From positions 12,913-76,912 of the forward strand of contig CASEGE010000150.1 in NCBI GenBank assembly GCA_949287335.1: a stretch of 64,000 nucleotides of DNA, given 5' to 3'. Positions 39,861 to 50,183 of this stretch are shown here, piece by piece (within the stretch, counting starts at the first letter, position 1; each line of letters begins with the position of its first letter). The position numbers were made by a program, and so were the translations under genes. Below the pieces are notes generated by a model. The model saw nothing but the letters and a program-made list of their open reading frames with translations. It had not been told where the DNA came from and made no database searches. Origin of the DNA: an uncultured Olsenella sp. Lineage in GTDB: Bacteria > Actinomycetota > Coriobacteriia > Coriobacteriales > Atopobiaceae.

Positions 39861-42533
39861 TTACTTCTCGTCAAGACTCTCGAGAACGTAGGGCAGGATA
39901 CCACCGCTGGCGATGAAGGCCCCCTCCATGGGCGTGTCCACACGCACGATGCACTCGAAGCTGAAAGAGGTCCCGTCGGGACGGGTCGCCGTCACCGTGG
40001 TCGTGCGGGAGGCGGGCAGGCCACCGGTAAGGTCTATGGGAGCGACGGCAAAGGTCTCATCCCCGCGGATGCCGAGCGACGTCGCGCTCTCCCCCTCCCT
40101 GAACTGGAGCGGCAGCACGCCCATCTGGACGAGGTTGGAGCGGTGGATGCGCTCGAAGCTCTCGGCCATGACGGCGCGCACCCCGAGAAGGAGCGGCCCC
40201 TTGCCGGCCCAGTCACGGCTCGAGCCGGAGCCGTAGAGCTTGCCGGCAACCACGACGAGCGGCACGCCCGCGGCGCGGTACGCCTCCGCGGCATCAAAGA
40301 TGGACTCCACCTCGCCCGTGAGGAGGTTCTTCGTCCAGCCGCCCACGCGGCCCTCGGCGAGCGCGTTTCTGAGCTTCACGTTGGCAAAGGTGCCACGTGC
40401 CATGACCTCGTGGTTTCCGCGACGAGAGCCGTAGGTGTTGAAGTCCTCCGGCTCGACGCCGCGCTCCACGAGGTAGCGCGCCGCGGGGGAATCCTTGGCG
40501 ATGGAGCCCGCGGGGGAAATGTGGTCGGTCGTCACAAAGTCGCCGAGAAGAGCGAGGGCACGGGCGCCGGAGACCTCGACGACGCTCTGCGAGCGCGCGA
40601 TCTCGAAGTAGGGCGCGCGACGGACGTAGGTGGAATCCGGGTCCCACGCAAACGTCGCCGACTCGCCGGACTCGATGGAGCGCCATGTGTCGGAGCCCTC
40701 GAGCAGGCCGCGGGAGCCCTCCTCGAAGAGCGCCTTGTCGAGATGCTGGGCGAGCGCGCGCGAGACCTCGTCGTCGGTGGGCATGATGTCAGCGAGCATG
40801 ACGGGCGCGCCGTCAGCCGCTACGCCAATGGGCTCGCGCGTGAGGTCGACGTCCATCGTGCCCACCAGCGAATAGGCCACGACAAGAGCGGGCGCGGCGA
40901 GGTAGTTTTGGCTCACGTCGGGCGAGATGCGACCCTCGAAGTTTCGGTTGCCCGAGAGCACGCTCGTGAGCTCGAGCTCGGCGGCATGGGGCTTCAGGCA
41001 CGCCTTGATCTCGCCGGAGTTGCCGATGCAGCTCATGCAACCAAAGCCGCACGTGTAGAAGCCGAGCGCGCGCAGGGGCTCGGTGAGGCCGCAGCGCTCA
41101 AGCAGAAGCTCCGTCGCGCGGCTGCCGGGCGCGAGCACCTTCTTCACCCACGGCTTGGGCGCAAGGCCGCGCTCGACGGCGTGACGCGCGAGAAGGCCGG
41201 CGGCCACCATCATGGCCGGGTCGGTGGCCGTGGTGCAGCTCGTGATGGCCGCGATGGCGATGGCGCCATGGGAGAGCGGGCCCACGCCCTCGACCTCGAT
41301 CTTCTGGGCAAGGTCTCGACCGTTATCGCGCGCGGAGGACTCGAAGCGCTCCCTCACGCCCGAGATCGCAACGCGGTCGTGGGGGCGAGAGGGGCCGGCG
41401 AGCGAGGGCTCGACGGAAGAGAGGTCAAGCGTGAGCGTGCGCGCATAGGTGCGGCCCTCGCCCGAGCCAAAGGTGCCCTGCGCCTCGAGGTAGGCGCGCG
41501 CGAAGGAGAGCTCGGCGCCGTCCCTGCCGGCCAGCTCGAGGTAGTCAAACGTGGCGTCGTCGACCGGGAAGAGCGTCGCGGTGGCGCCGTACTCGGGCGT
41601 CATGTTGGCAACGCAGGCCCGCTGGGTGGCGCTGAGCGAGGACACGCCCTCGCCCGTCACCTCGACGATGGAGCCCACCACGCCCTCGGCGCGGAGGAGC
41701 TGGGCCACCGTGAGCGCAACGTCCATGCCCGAGACGCCCGCGCCAAGCGCCCCGACAAGACGCAGCTCGACCACGGGGGGAACGAGCATGGAGATGGGCT
41801 GCCCGAGCGCAGCGGCCTCCGCCTCGATGCCTCCCACGCCCCAGCCGAGGACGCCCACGCCGTTTGCGGTGGTGGTGTGGGAGTCCGTGCCGACGAGGGT
41901 GTCAAAGCACGCCACGTCCTTCTCGGCACGAGAGAGCGCGTCGGTGGTGACCACGTTGCAGAAGCGCTCGATGTTGAGCTGGTGGCAGATGCCCTCGCCA
42001 GGCGGGACGATCTCGACGTTTTGGAAGGAGCGGCTCGCCCACTTGAGGAAGGCAAAGCGCTCGCGGTTGCGCGCGGCCTCGATCTCCTGGTTCTTCTCGA
42101 CTGCGCAGGGGCACTCGGCCACGTCGGCGATGACCGAGTGGTCGACGACGAGCGTGCAGGGAATCTGGGGGTTCACGCGAAGCGGGTCTCCCCCGCGCTC
42201 GACCATGGCGTCGCGCATGGCGGCAAAGTCGACAAAGACCGGCACGCCGGTGAAGTCCTGGAAGAGGACCCGCGCGGGCATGAACTCGATCTCGTCGCCC
42301 GCGGCACCCGAGGTGCCCGCGTCGATGATCGCCTCGGCCATGCGCACGGCATCCTCGTCCGTGGCAGCGCGGCGCACGACGTTCTCGAGCAGCGTGACCA
42401 GGGCGCGTGGCAGCCGCTCGGCGCCGGGGACGCCCGACACGACGTAGGCGAGGCGCTCGATGCCCTCGCGCTCGATCAGCACCGGTCGACGAGCGGCGAT
42501 TACCGCCGAACGCAGGTCGTCCCTACTGCCCAT
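39861..42533 (-). CDS. acnA: Aconitate hydratase A
   Basis: Motifs QDFTGVP, VVDHS, GTDSHT, AAITSC, GCMSCIGNSG, SGNRNFEGR, TTDHISPAG and GSSRDWA. Confidence 0.92.
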   Translation of the reverse strand: MGSRDDLRSAVIAARRPVLIEREGIERLAYVVSGVPGAERLPRALVTLLENVVRRAATDEDAVRMAEAIIDAGTSGAAGDEIEFMPARVLFQDFTGVPVFVDFAAMRDAMVERGGDPLRVNPQIPCTLVVDHSVIADVAECPCAVEKNQEIEAARNRERFAFLKWASRSFQNVEIVPPGEGICHQLNIERFCNVVTTDALSRAEKDVACFDTLVGTDSHTTTANGVGVLGWGVGGIEAEAAALGQPISMLVPPVVELRLVGALGAGVSGMDVALTVAQLLRAEGVVGSIVEVTGEGVSSLSATQRACVANMTPEYGATATLFPVDDATFDYLELAGRDGAELSFARAYLEAQGTFGSGEGRTYARTLTLDLSSVEPSLAGPSRPHDRVAISGVRERFESSARDNGRDLAQKIEVEGVGPLSHGAIAIAAITSCTTATDPAMMVAAGLLARHAVERGLAPKPWVKKVLAPGSRATELLLERCGLTEPLRALGFYTCGFGCMSCIGNSGEIKACLKPHAAELELTSVLSGNRNFEGRISPDVSQNYLAAPALVVAYSLVGTMDVDLTREPIGVAADGAPVMLADIMPTDDEVSRALAQHLDKALFEEGSRGLLEGSDTWRSIESGESATFAWDPDSTYVRRAPYFEIARSQSVVEVSGARALALLGDFVTTDHISPAGSIAKDSPAARYLVERGVEPEDFNTYGSRRGNHEVMARGTFANVKLRNALAEGRVGGWTKNLLTGEVESIFDAAEAYRAAGVPLVVVAGKLYGSGSSRDWAGKGPLLLGVRAVMAESFERIHRSNLVQMGVLPLQFREGESATSLGIRGDETFAVAPIDLTGGLPASRTTTVTATRPDGTSFSFECIVRVDTPMEGAFIASGGILPYVLESLDEK

Positions 42534-44907
42534 GCTTACCCTCCACCTTCCTGACGAGCCTGATGAAGTGCTCGTTTGTCTCGTAGCCCGCGAGCGAGCG
42601 ATTGTACATCCAGTTGAAGAACGCCACCGCGACAAGTCCCGCAATGACGATGACGACCCCCATGCTACCGGTTAGGTCGACGATCTCGAAGAAGGAGGCA
42701 AAGACCGTACACCCAAGCGCAACAATCGCGATGATGACGGCGAGAAGCGCCACGCGAAGCGGCGTCAGGGGCTGGGAGATGCGCCAGATGAGCGCCACCC
42801 CCACAAAGGCGACGAGCACCGTGCAGACGGTCGAGATCTCGCCGAAGTCGTGATCGAGGGCGCGCCCGACGACGAGCTCCGAGAAGAGCGCGGCGAGAAT
42901 GGCCGCGGAGGCCGGCAGCGAGCGCGCGAGCACGTTGGCGAGGAAGTTGCCGCGCACGCGCTCGTGATTGGGCTCGAGGGCGAGCACGAACGAGGGGATG
43001 CCGATAACCGCGGTGGAGAGCAGCGACATCTGGATGGGGATGAAGGGGTACGGCGGCATCACGATGCAGATGAGTGCGAGCGCCGCCGTGAAGACGGTCT
43101 TGACGAGGAAAAGCGATGCGGAGCGCTGGAGGTTGTTGATGGAACGGCGTCCCTCGGCGACGACCTCTGGCATGTGGGCGAAGTCGTTGTCGGCAAGGAC
43201 GATCTCCGAGACGTTGCGCGCCGCGGCGGAACCCGAGGCCATGGCAACGGAGCAGTCCGCCTCGCGCAGGGCGAGGACGTCGTTCACGCCGTCGCCCGTC
43301 ATGGCAACGGTGCGCCCACGGCGGTGCAGGGCCTGGACGAGCTCGCGCTTCTGCTGGGGGGTCACGCGCCCGAAGACGCGCGCCTCGTCGACCGCGGCGT
43401 CAAGGGCCTCGGGGGTGGAGAGCGTGGTCGCGTCGACGTACTTCTCGGCAGCGGGCACGCCGGCGCGCGCGGCGATGGCAGAGACCGTGCGCGGGTCGTC
43501 GCCGGAGATGACGCGCAGCTCGACGCCCTGCTCGAGGAAGTAGCGCATGGTGTCGGGCGCCGTGGCGCGAATCTCGTCGCGAATGGCCACGCAGCCGAGC
43601 AGGCGCACGTCTCCCGCAAGGGAGCCGTCCTCGGCAAAGCCGGCTGCCTCCCCCACCACGAGCACGCGCTCCGTGGCGTCAAAGGCCCGGGCGAGCTCGT
43701 CAGCCTCATGCGCGCGCTCGGTGCCGAGGACAAAGGCGGCGGCTCCCATGACGAGGGCGCGGCCGTCCGCGGTGACGCAGCCGGAGAACTTGCGCGCGGA
43801 CGAGAAAGGCACGACGCGCGTGACGGAATCTGCCGCCACGTTCTTCTCGCCGGCGTACTTGAGGATGGCGCGGGCCGTCTCGTTGGCGTCGGCCTCGTTG
43901 GCGGCGACGATGGTGGCCAGGGCGCGCTCCACGCTGGAGGCGGACGCGCCGGGGACGGCGACCACGCTCGCGACCTCCATCTCACCAGTGGTGATGGTGC
44001 CCGTCTTGTCCAGGCAGAGCGTGTCCACGCGCGCGAGGGTCTCGACGCAATAGGCCTGCTGGACGAGGACCATGCGCCTACCCAGGCGGAAGGTCGCGAT
44101 GGCGAGGACCGACGAGGTGAGCAGCACGAGCCCCTGCGGAATCATGCCGATGACCGCGGCCACGGAGGTGAGGATGGCGTCGGGGAGGCTGCCGCCGTCC
44201 ATGAGGACGGTGCGCAGGAAGAGGCCGAGGCCGAGGGGCACGAGAACGACGGTACCGAGCTTGATGATGGCCCGCAGGGTGTCCTGGATCTCCGAGCGGA
44301 CGGCCTTGACGTACTTGGCCTCGGCGTTGATGCGGGCGGCGTAGCCCTCGGCGCCCACGCGCGTGACGCGGGCAACAAGGCTGCCGGCGTCAACAAAGCT
44401 GCCGGAGAGCAGCTCGTCGCCCGGGCCCTTGGAGACGGGCTTGGCCTCGCCGGTGAGCAGGCTCTCGTTCATGGAGACAAAGCCCTCGACGATGGTCGCG
44501 TCCGCGGGAACCTGGTCTCCGTGAGCCAGGCGGATGAGGTCGTCGACCACGAGCTCCGAGGGCGACAGCGCCCGCTCGCCCTCGGCACGGATGACCGTGA
44601 CCTCCTTCTGCGTGAGGATGGTGAGCTTGTCCACCATGCGCTTGGCACGAATCTCCTGCGTGACGCCAATGAGCAGGTTTGCGCCCACGACGCACATGAA
44701 GAGCATGTTGCGATACTGGCCGGTGAGCAGCACGAGGACGGCGAGCGCGAGGTTGACGCCGTTGAAGAGCGTGAGGGCGTGCTCCGCTATGATCTGGCCG
44801 ACGGACTTGGTCTTAACGTCGGTGTTGGCGTTCGTTCGGCCCTCGGCCACACGTTGGGCAACCTCGGCTTGCGTCAGGCCATGGAGCCCCTCGTTCTTCT
44901 CGGCCAC
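42523..44907 (-). CDS. P-type ATPase (HAD-IC, CtpE-like)
   Basis: Motifs NESLLTGEA, DKTGT, VISGD and MTGDGVND; about 10 TM helices. Confidence 0.9.
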   Translation of the reverse strand: MAEKNEGLHGLTQAEVAQRVAEGRTNANTDVKTKSVGQIIAEHALTLFNGVNLALAVLVLLTGQYRNMLFMCVVGANLLIGVTQEIRAKRMVDKLTILTQKEVTVIRAEGERALSPSELVVDDLIRLAHGDQVPADATIVEGFVSMNESLLTGEAKPVSKGPGDELLSGSFVDAGSLVARVTRVGAEGYAARINAEAKYVKAVRSEIQDTLRAIIKLGTVVLVPLGLGLFLRTVLMDGGSLPDAILTSVAAVIGMIPQGLVLLTSSVLAIATFRLGRRMVLVQQAYCVETLARVDTLCLDKTGTITTGEMEVASVVAVPGASASSVERALATIVAANEADANETARAILKYAGEKNVAADSVTRVVPFSSARKFSGCVTADGRALVMGAAAFVLGTERAHEADELARAFDATERVLVVGEAAGFAEDGSLAGDVRLLGCVAIRDEIRATAPDTMRYFLEQGVELRVISGDDPRTVSAIAARAGVPAAEKYVDATTLSTPEALDAAVDEARVFGRVTPQQKRELVQALHRRGRTVAMTGDGVNDVLALREADCSVAMASGSAAARNVSEIVLADNDFAHMPEVVAEGRRSINNLQRSASLFLVKTVFTAALALICIVMPPYPFIPIQMSLLSTAVIGIPSFVLALEPNHERVRGNFLANVLARSLPASAAILAALFSELVVGRALDHDFGEISTVCTVLVAFVGVALIWRISQPLTPLRVALLAVIIAIVALGCTVFASFFEIVDLTGSMGVVIVIAGLVAVAFFNWMYNRSLAGYETNEHFIRLVRKVEGKHGQ

Positions 44908-45053
44908 TGTCTCTCCTCTCGTCTATGCGTGGTCATTGTGCCACGAGGACGCAAATCGTATGCAAACCTTACGAAAAAGAGAGAATGTCTCCGCGGGCGC
45001 TGGCTTGCGGCCGCGGCATGGTTTTGAATGGGAGCGCGCCTCTGCGTCCCTTG

Positions 45054-45355
45054 GACTCATTTCCGGAATTGAGTGACTAAGCCCGACTCATTTCCGGAAT
45101 TGTGTCCGAGGTCCAACTCATTTCCGGAAATGAGTCCAGGGGTCCGACTCATTTCCAGAAATGAATCCCATGAGCCCCAAGCTCGACTCATTTCCAGAAA
45201 TGCGTCCCATGAGCCCCAAGCTCGAATCATTTTCGGAAATGAGTCCCATGAGCCCCAAGCTCGAATCATTTACGGAAATGAGTCCCTTTGTTCGACTCAT
45301 TTCCGTAAATGAGTGCAAAGACGTGACCGAGGCAACTCAAATCCGAAAATGAGTC
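45054..45355. repeat. Palindrome array A3: 9 copies of the 22-bp palindrome
   Basis: Copy starts at 45054, 45085, 45115, 45146, 45185, 45224, 45263, 45294 and 45334. Confidence 0.95.
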
Positions 45356-45482
45356 GAGAAACGCGCAACGAGAAGGACTCGGGGCTGTCGAGAAGCGCAC
45401 GGCGAGAAGGGCCTGGGGCCGCCAAGAAGCGAGGCGAGAAACGCGCGCACCGTCGAGGCGCACGGACACGGCGTGGGCCACG

Positions 45483-45513
45483 AAAAACGGCCCGGACCGT
45501 GAGGCCGAGCCGT
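45483..45513 (-). terminator. Intrinsic terminator after tRNA-Arg
   Basis: Minus-strand ACGGCTCGG...CCGGGCCGT hairpin followed by TTTT. Confidence 0.65.
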
Positions 45514-45522
45514 CGATGCCTG

Positions 45523-45599
45523 TGGTGCGCCCAGGGGGATTCGAACCCACGACCTTCTGCTCCGGAGGCAGACGCTCTCATCCACTGAGCTATGGGCGC
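45523..45599 (-). tRNA. tRNA-Arg (anticodon CCG)
   Basis: GCGCCCATAGCTCAGTGGATGAGAGCG TCTGC-CTCCGGA-GCAGA AGGTCGTGGGTTCGAATCCCCCTGGGCGCACCA: cloverleaf with TTCGAA T-loop and encoded CCA. TATACT -10 at 45617-45612. Confidence 0.95.
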
Positions 45600-45806
45600 G
45601 TGCAGACGAATAGTATAGCGCCTTTCTTCTCGCCGTGCGCAACGCAACATGCGCGCGAGAAAAACCGGCTCCTCGCGCATCGATTCCGCGCGTCGATTCG
45701 CGCCCTCAGCACCCGCCCAGCAAGAGCAGTCAGCCGTAAGGGCCCCGTCGGAGGGCAGCTCCTTACAACAAGCGACCCCAACCGTAACCGAGCGGTCACA
45801 TCCGCG

Positions 45807-45815
45807 TGGTATCAT
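45807..45815 (+). promoter_or_regulatory. Extended -10 promoter of the aro operon
   Basis: TG-G-TATCAT about 40 nt upstream of the aroF ATG. Confidence 0.45.
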
Positions 45816-45853
45816 CGCGCGGACTTGTACGCAACCCCGTCACGGGAGCCCAT

Positions 45854-46879
<1,026 letters not shown>

Positions 46880-47761
46880 GTGGCAGACGAGAAGAACGCG
46901 CAGGCACCGACGTTTGTCCCCGGGCGCTATGGTGTGGTGAGCCTCGGCCTCATGGGCGGCTCCTTCGCCAAGGCGTTTGCCGCGGCCGGCGCCGAGGTCT
47001 TTGCCTGGAACCGCACCCGCTCCACGCTCGAGCTCGCCATGATCGAGACCGTGACGGGCGAGCTTGACGAGAGCACGATTCCCACCTGCGAGCTCATCGT
47101 GCTCGCGGGCTACCCCGCCTCCACCATAGAGTGGCTCGAGCGCTACGCCCCGCTCGTCTCGCCGGGCGCCATCGTCATAGACACCGTGGGCGTCAAGCGC
47201 GTCATCTGCGAGAAGTGCGAGGCGCTCTGCCGGGACTACCCCTTCACCTTCGTGGGGTGCCACCCGATGGCGGGCACGCAGTTCTCCGGCTTTGCGCACG
47301 CACGCGCCACGATGTTCAAGGGGGCCCCGATGGTGGTGGTTCCGCCAGCGATGGACGAGTTCGAGCGCGCGGGCGTGCTCGAGCGCCTGAAGGAGCTGCT
47401 CGCCCCCTGCGCCTTCGGCAGCTTCACGCTGGCCACGGCAGCCGAGCACGACCGCAACATCGCCTTCACCTCGCAGCTCGCCCACGTGGTCTCCAACGCC
47501 TACGTCAAGAGCCCCACGGCGCGCGACCACCGGGGCTTCTCGGCCGGCAGCTACCGTGACCTCACGCGCGTGGCCCGCCTGAACGCGCCCATGTGGACCG
47601 AGCTCTTCCTCGACAACGCCGATTATCTCTCCGACGAGCTCGGATGCATCATCAGGAGCCTGCAGGCCTACAAGGACGCGATAGATGCCAGGGACGCCGA
47701 GCTCCTCGAGGCGCTTCTCGCCGAGGGAGACCGCATCAAGAGGGAGGTCGAGGCAAGATGA
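46880..47761 (+). CDS. tyrA: Prephenate dehydrogenase
   Basis: Motifs LGLMGGS, HPMAGT, EHDRNIAFTSQLAH and SYRDLTRVA. Confidence 0.9.
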   Translation: MADEKNAQAPTFVPGRYGVVSLGLMGGSFAKAFAAAGAEVFAWNRTRSTLELAMIETVTGELDESTIPTCELIVLAGYPASTIEWLERYAPLVSPGAIVIDTVGVKRVICEKCEALCRDYPFTFVGCHPMAGTQFSGFAHARATMFKGAPMVVVPPAMDEFERAGVLERLKELLAPCAFGSFTLATAAEHDRNIAFTSQLAHVVSNAYVKSPTARDHRGFSAGSYRDLTRVARLNAPMWTELFLDNADYLSDELGCIIRSLQAYKDAIDARDAELLEALLAEGDRIKREVEAR

Positions 47762-48864
47762 GCGACAAGGGCATGGGCACGAGGCTCGTTCACGTGGGCG
47801 CCGCCTCACGGGCCTATGACGTGCATGTAGGTGCCGGCACCCTCGATGAGCTGGGGTCCATTGTTCATAAGACCGGCAACGGGCGCACCTGCGTCATCAC
47901 CGAGACCAACGTCGGGCCGCTCTACGCCAACGCCGTGGAGAACTCGCTGCGAGAGGCGAGCATCGACGTTGCCGAGCGCCTCACCTTCCCCGCAGGCGAA
48001 CCGTCCAAGAACCTCGCCGTTCTCGGCGGCCTGCTCGAGGGGCTCGCCGAGCGCGAGCTCACGAGGGACGACGCCGTCATCGCCCTGGGCGGCGGCGTGA
48101 CGGGAGACATCGCGGGCCTTGCCGCGGCGCTCTACCTGCGAGGCATTCGCGTCATCCAGGTGCCCACGTCGCTGCTTGCGATGGTTGACTCGTCCGTGGG
48201 CGGCAAGACCGCCGTGGACCTCGCCGCGGGCAAGAACCTCGTCGGCGCCTTCTGGCAGCCGAGCGCCGTCGTGGCGGACGTGCGCTGTCTCGCGAGCGTT
48301 CCCCGCAGCCTCTTCGTCGACTCGTGCGGAGAGGTGATCAAGCACGCGGTTCTCGCCGATGCCGCGCTTCTCGACGAGCTCACCGAGCGCCCGCTCAGCT
48401 CCTCCGCTTCTGACGAGGAGCGTCTTGCCCGCGTGGTCACGCGAAACGTCGAGATCAAGCGCGACGTGGTGGCGGCAGACGAGCGCGAGCACGGCGCGAG
48501 ACAGACCCTCAACCTCGGTCACACCATCGGTCACGCCATCGAGGCCGCGAGCGACTTCACGCTCGGGCACGGATCGTGCGTGGCGGCGGGCCTCTGCATG
48601 ATGGCGCGCGCGGCGGCGCACAAGGGATGGTGCACGGGAGAGACGAGCGCGCGCATCGTGCGCTGCGTCGCGGCCCACGGGCTGCCCACGGGCTCCGACC
48701 TCCCCGCCGACCTGCTGCTCCACTACATGGCCCATGACAAGAAGCGCCACGGGGACTCCGTGAACATCGTCGTGCCCGCAGAGATCGGTCGCGCCGAGGT
48801 GAGGCGCGTCTCCCTGGGCGAGCTTCGTGAGCTCGTGGCGCTTGGGCGCGAGGGGGACGAGTGA
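47758..48864 (+). CDS. aroB: 3-dehydroquinate synthase
   Basis: Motifs GEPSKN, ALGGGVTGD, QVPTSLLAMVDSSVGGKT, LNLGHTIGHAIE and HDKK. Confidence 0.95.
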   Translation: MSDKGMGTRLVHVGAASRAYDVHVGAGTLDELGSIVHKTGNGRTCVITETNVGPLYANAVENSLREASIDVAERLTFPAGEPSKNLAVLGGLLEGLAERELTRDDAVIALGGGVTGDIAGLAAALYLRGIRVIQVPTSLLAMVDSSVGGKTAVDLAAGKNLVGAFWQPSAVVADVRCLASVPRSLFVDSCGEVIKHAVLADAALLDELTERPLSSSASDEERLARVVTRNVEIKRDVVAADEREHGARQTLNLGHTIGHAIEAASDFTLGHGSCVAAGLCMMARAAAHKGWCTGETSARIVRCVAAHGLPTGSDLPADLLLHYMAHDKKRHGDSVNIVVPAEIGRAEVRRVSLGELRELVALGREGDE

Positions 48865-50183
48865 TGGACGTCACCGTTTCCCCCGGCGCGCTCACGGGAG
48901 AGATCCCCGCGCCCTCCTCAAAGTCCGAGGCACATCGCCTGCTCATCTGCGCCGCGTTTGCTCCCGGCACGACGGACATCGACTGCACGACCACCTCGGA
49001 GGACATCGAGGCAACCGTACGCTGCCTCGAGGCCCTCGGCGCGCACATCACCCGCACGCGGCGCGGCTTTAGGGTGCGACCCGTGCCGGGAACGTCTGCG
49101 ACGGACAACCTGCCCGAGGCGCGCGCGAACGCGCTTCTCGACTGCGGCGAGTCCGGCTCCACGCTGCGCTTCCTCCTTCCCGTCGTGGCCGCCCTCGGGC
49201 GCGGTGGGAGGCTCACGGGCCACGGGAGGCTCCCCGAGCGCCCGCTCTCTCCGCTCTACGAGGAGCTTGTTTCCCACGGGGCCGAGCTCTCCCCCCAGGG
49301 CACCATGCCGCTCGAGGTGGGCGGGCGCCTGAGCGCGGGCCGCTTTGAGCTGCCCGGCAACGTTTCCTCACAGTACGTGAGCGGCCTTCTCATGGCGGCG
49401 CCCCTCATGGGCGCCCCCGTGGAGGTCTGCGTGAGCGAGCCCATCGAGTCGCGGCCCTACATAGACCTCACCATCGATGCGCTCGAGTGCTTTGGCGTCG
49501 AGGTCAGCGCGGAGAGAGCGAAAGACTCATCGGGCAAGGACGCCTGCTCGTACGTGGTCTGCGCCCCGCATGGCCTTGTCTCCCCCGGCACGGTGGGCGT
49601 TGAGGGGGACTGGTCCAACGCCGCGTTCTGGTTTGCCGCGGGCGCCCTGAGCGAGAAGGGCGTTGCCGTGCGCGGCCTGGACGCCAAGAGCGCCCAGGGG
49701 GACCGCTGCGTGCTCGGGGCGCTCGCGCTTCTCGGCGCCCGCGTCCTGCGCTCGCGCGATGGTGCCGCGGTGTGCCGCGACCGTCTCGTGGGCCGCGAGC
49801 TCAACGTGAGCGACTGCCCGGACCTCGTGCCGCCCCTGGCCGCGGTGGCCGCCCTCGCCGAGGGCACGACGCGCATAACCGGCGCGGCGCGTCTTCGCCT
49901 CAAGGAGTCAGACCGCCTCGCCTCGGTCTCGGCGGCGCTCCGCGCCCTAGGCGGGCGAGCGTGCGTCGAGGGAGACGAGCTCGTGGTCGAGGGGGTCCCG
50001 CAGCTTCTGGGGGGCACCGTCGACGCAGCCAACGACCACCGCATCGCCATGATGGCAGCGATTCTCGCCGCGCGCTGCGCCAGCCCCGTCACCATTATTG
50101 GCGCCGAGTGCGTCTCCAAGTCATACCCGACCTTCTTCGAGGACCTTGCGCTTCTCGGCGGCACCTGCGGAAAGGAGAGCTGA
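48861..50183 (+). CDS. aroA: EPSP synthase
   Basis: Motifs PSSKS, CGESGSTLRF, VSSQYVSGLL, RLKESDR and NDHRIAM. Confidence 0.95.
   Translation: MMDVTVSPGALTGEIPAPSSKSEAHRLLICAAFAPGTTDIDCTTTSEDIEATVRCLEALGAHITRTRRGFRVRPVPGTSATDNLPEARANALLDCGESGSTLRFLLPVVAALGRGGRLTGHGRLPERPLSPLYEELVSHGAELSPQGTMPLEVGGRLSAGRFELPGNVSSQYVSGLLMAAPLMGAPVEVCVSEPIESRPYIDLTIDALECFGVEVSAERAKDSSGKDACSYVVCAPHGLVSPGTVGVEGDWSNAAFWFAAGALSEKGVAVRGLDAKSAQGDRCVLGALALLGARVLRSRDGAAVCRDRLVGRELNVSDCPDLVPPLAAVAALAEGTTRITGAARLRLKESDRLASVSAALRALGGRACVEGDELVVEGVPQLLGGTVDAANDHRIAMMAAILAARCASPVTIIGAECVSKSYPTFFEDLALLGGTCGKES

Noticed and set aside
45057-45352. Short ORFs with 13-aa repeats across array A3 (and ORFs at 26093-26470 across A2)
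   Set aside because: By-products of the 39-bp period and the ATG inside the palindrome; no RBS, and the frame is not kept in 31/40-bp units.
45356-45445. Recurring CGAGAA(G/A) words next to array A3
   Set aside because: Irregular spacing, and the word is very common in this genome; not distinguishable from background by eye.
45523-45599. tRNA-Arg as an integration site for an island
   Set aside because: No integrase and no duplicated tRNA 3' end seen; flanking genes are housekeeping.
45600-45853. T-box or attenuator upstream of the aro operon (also checked upstream of trpS and glyQ)
   Set aside because: No T-box consensus with a terminator is visible, and the predicted leaders are too short.
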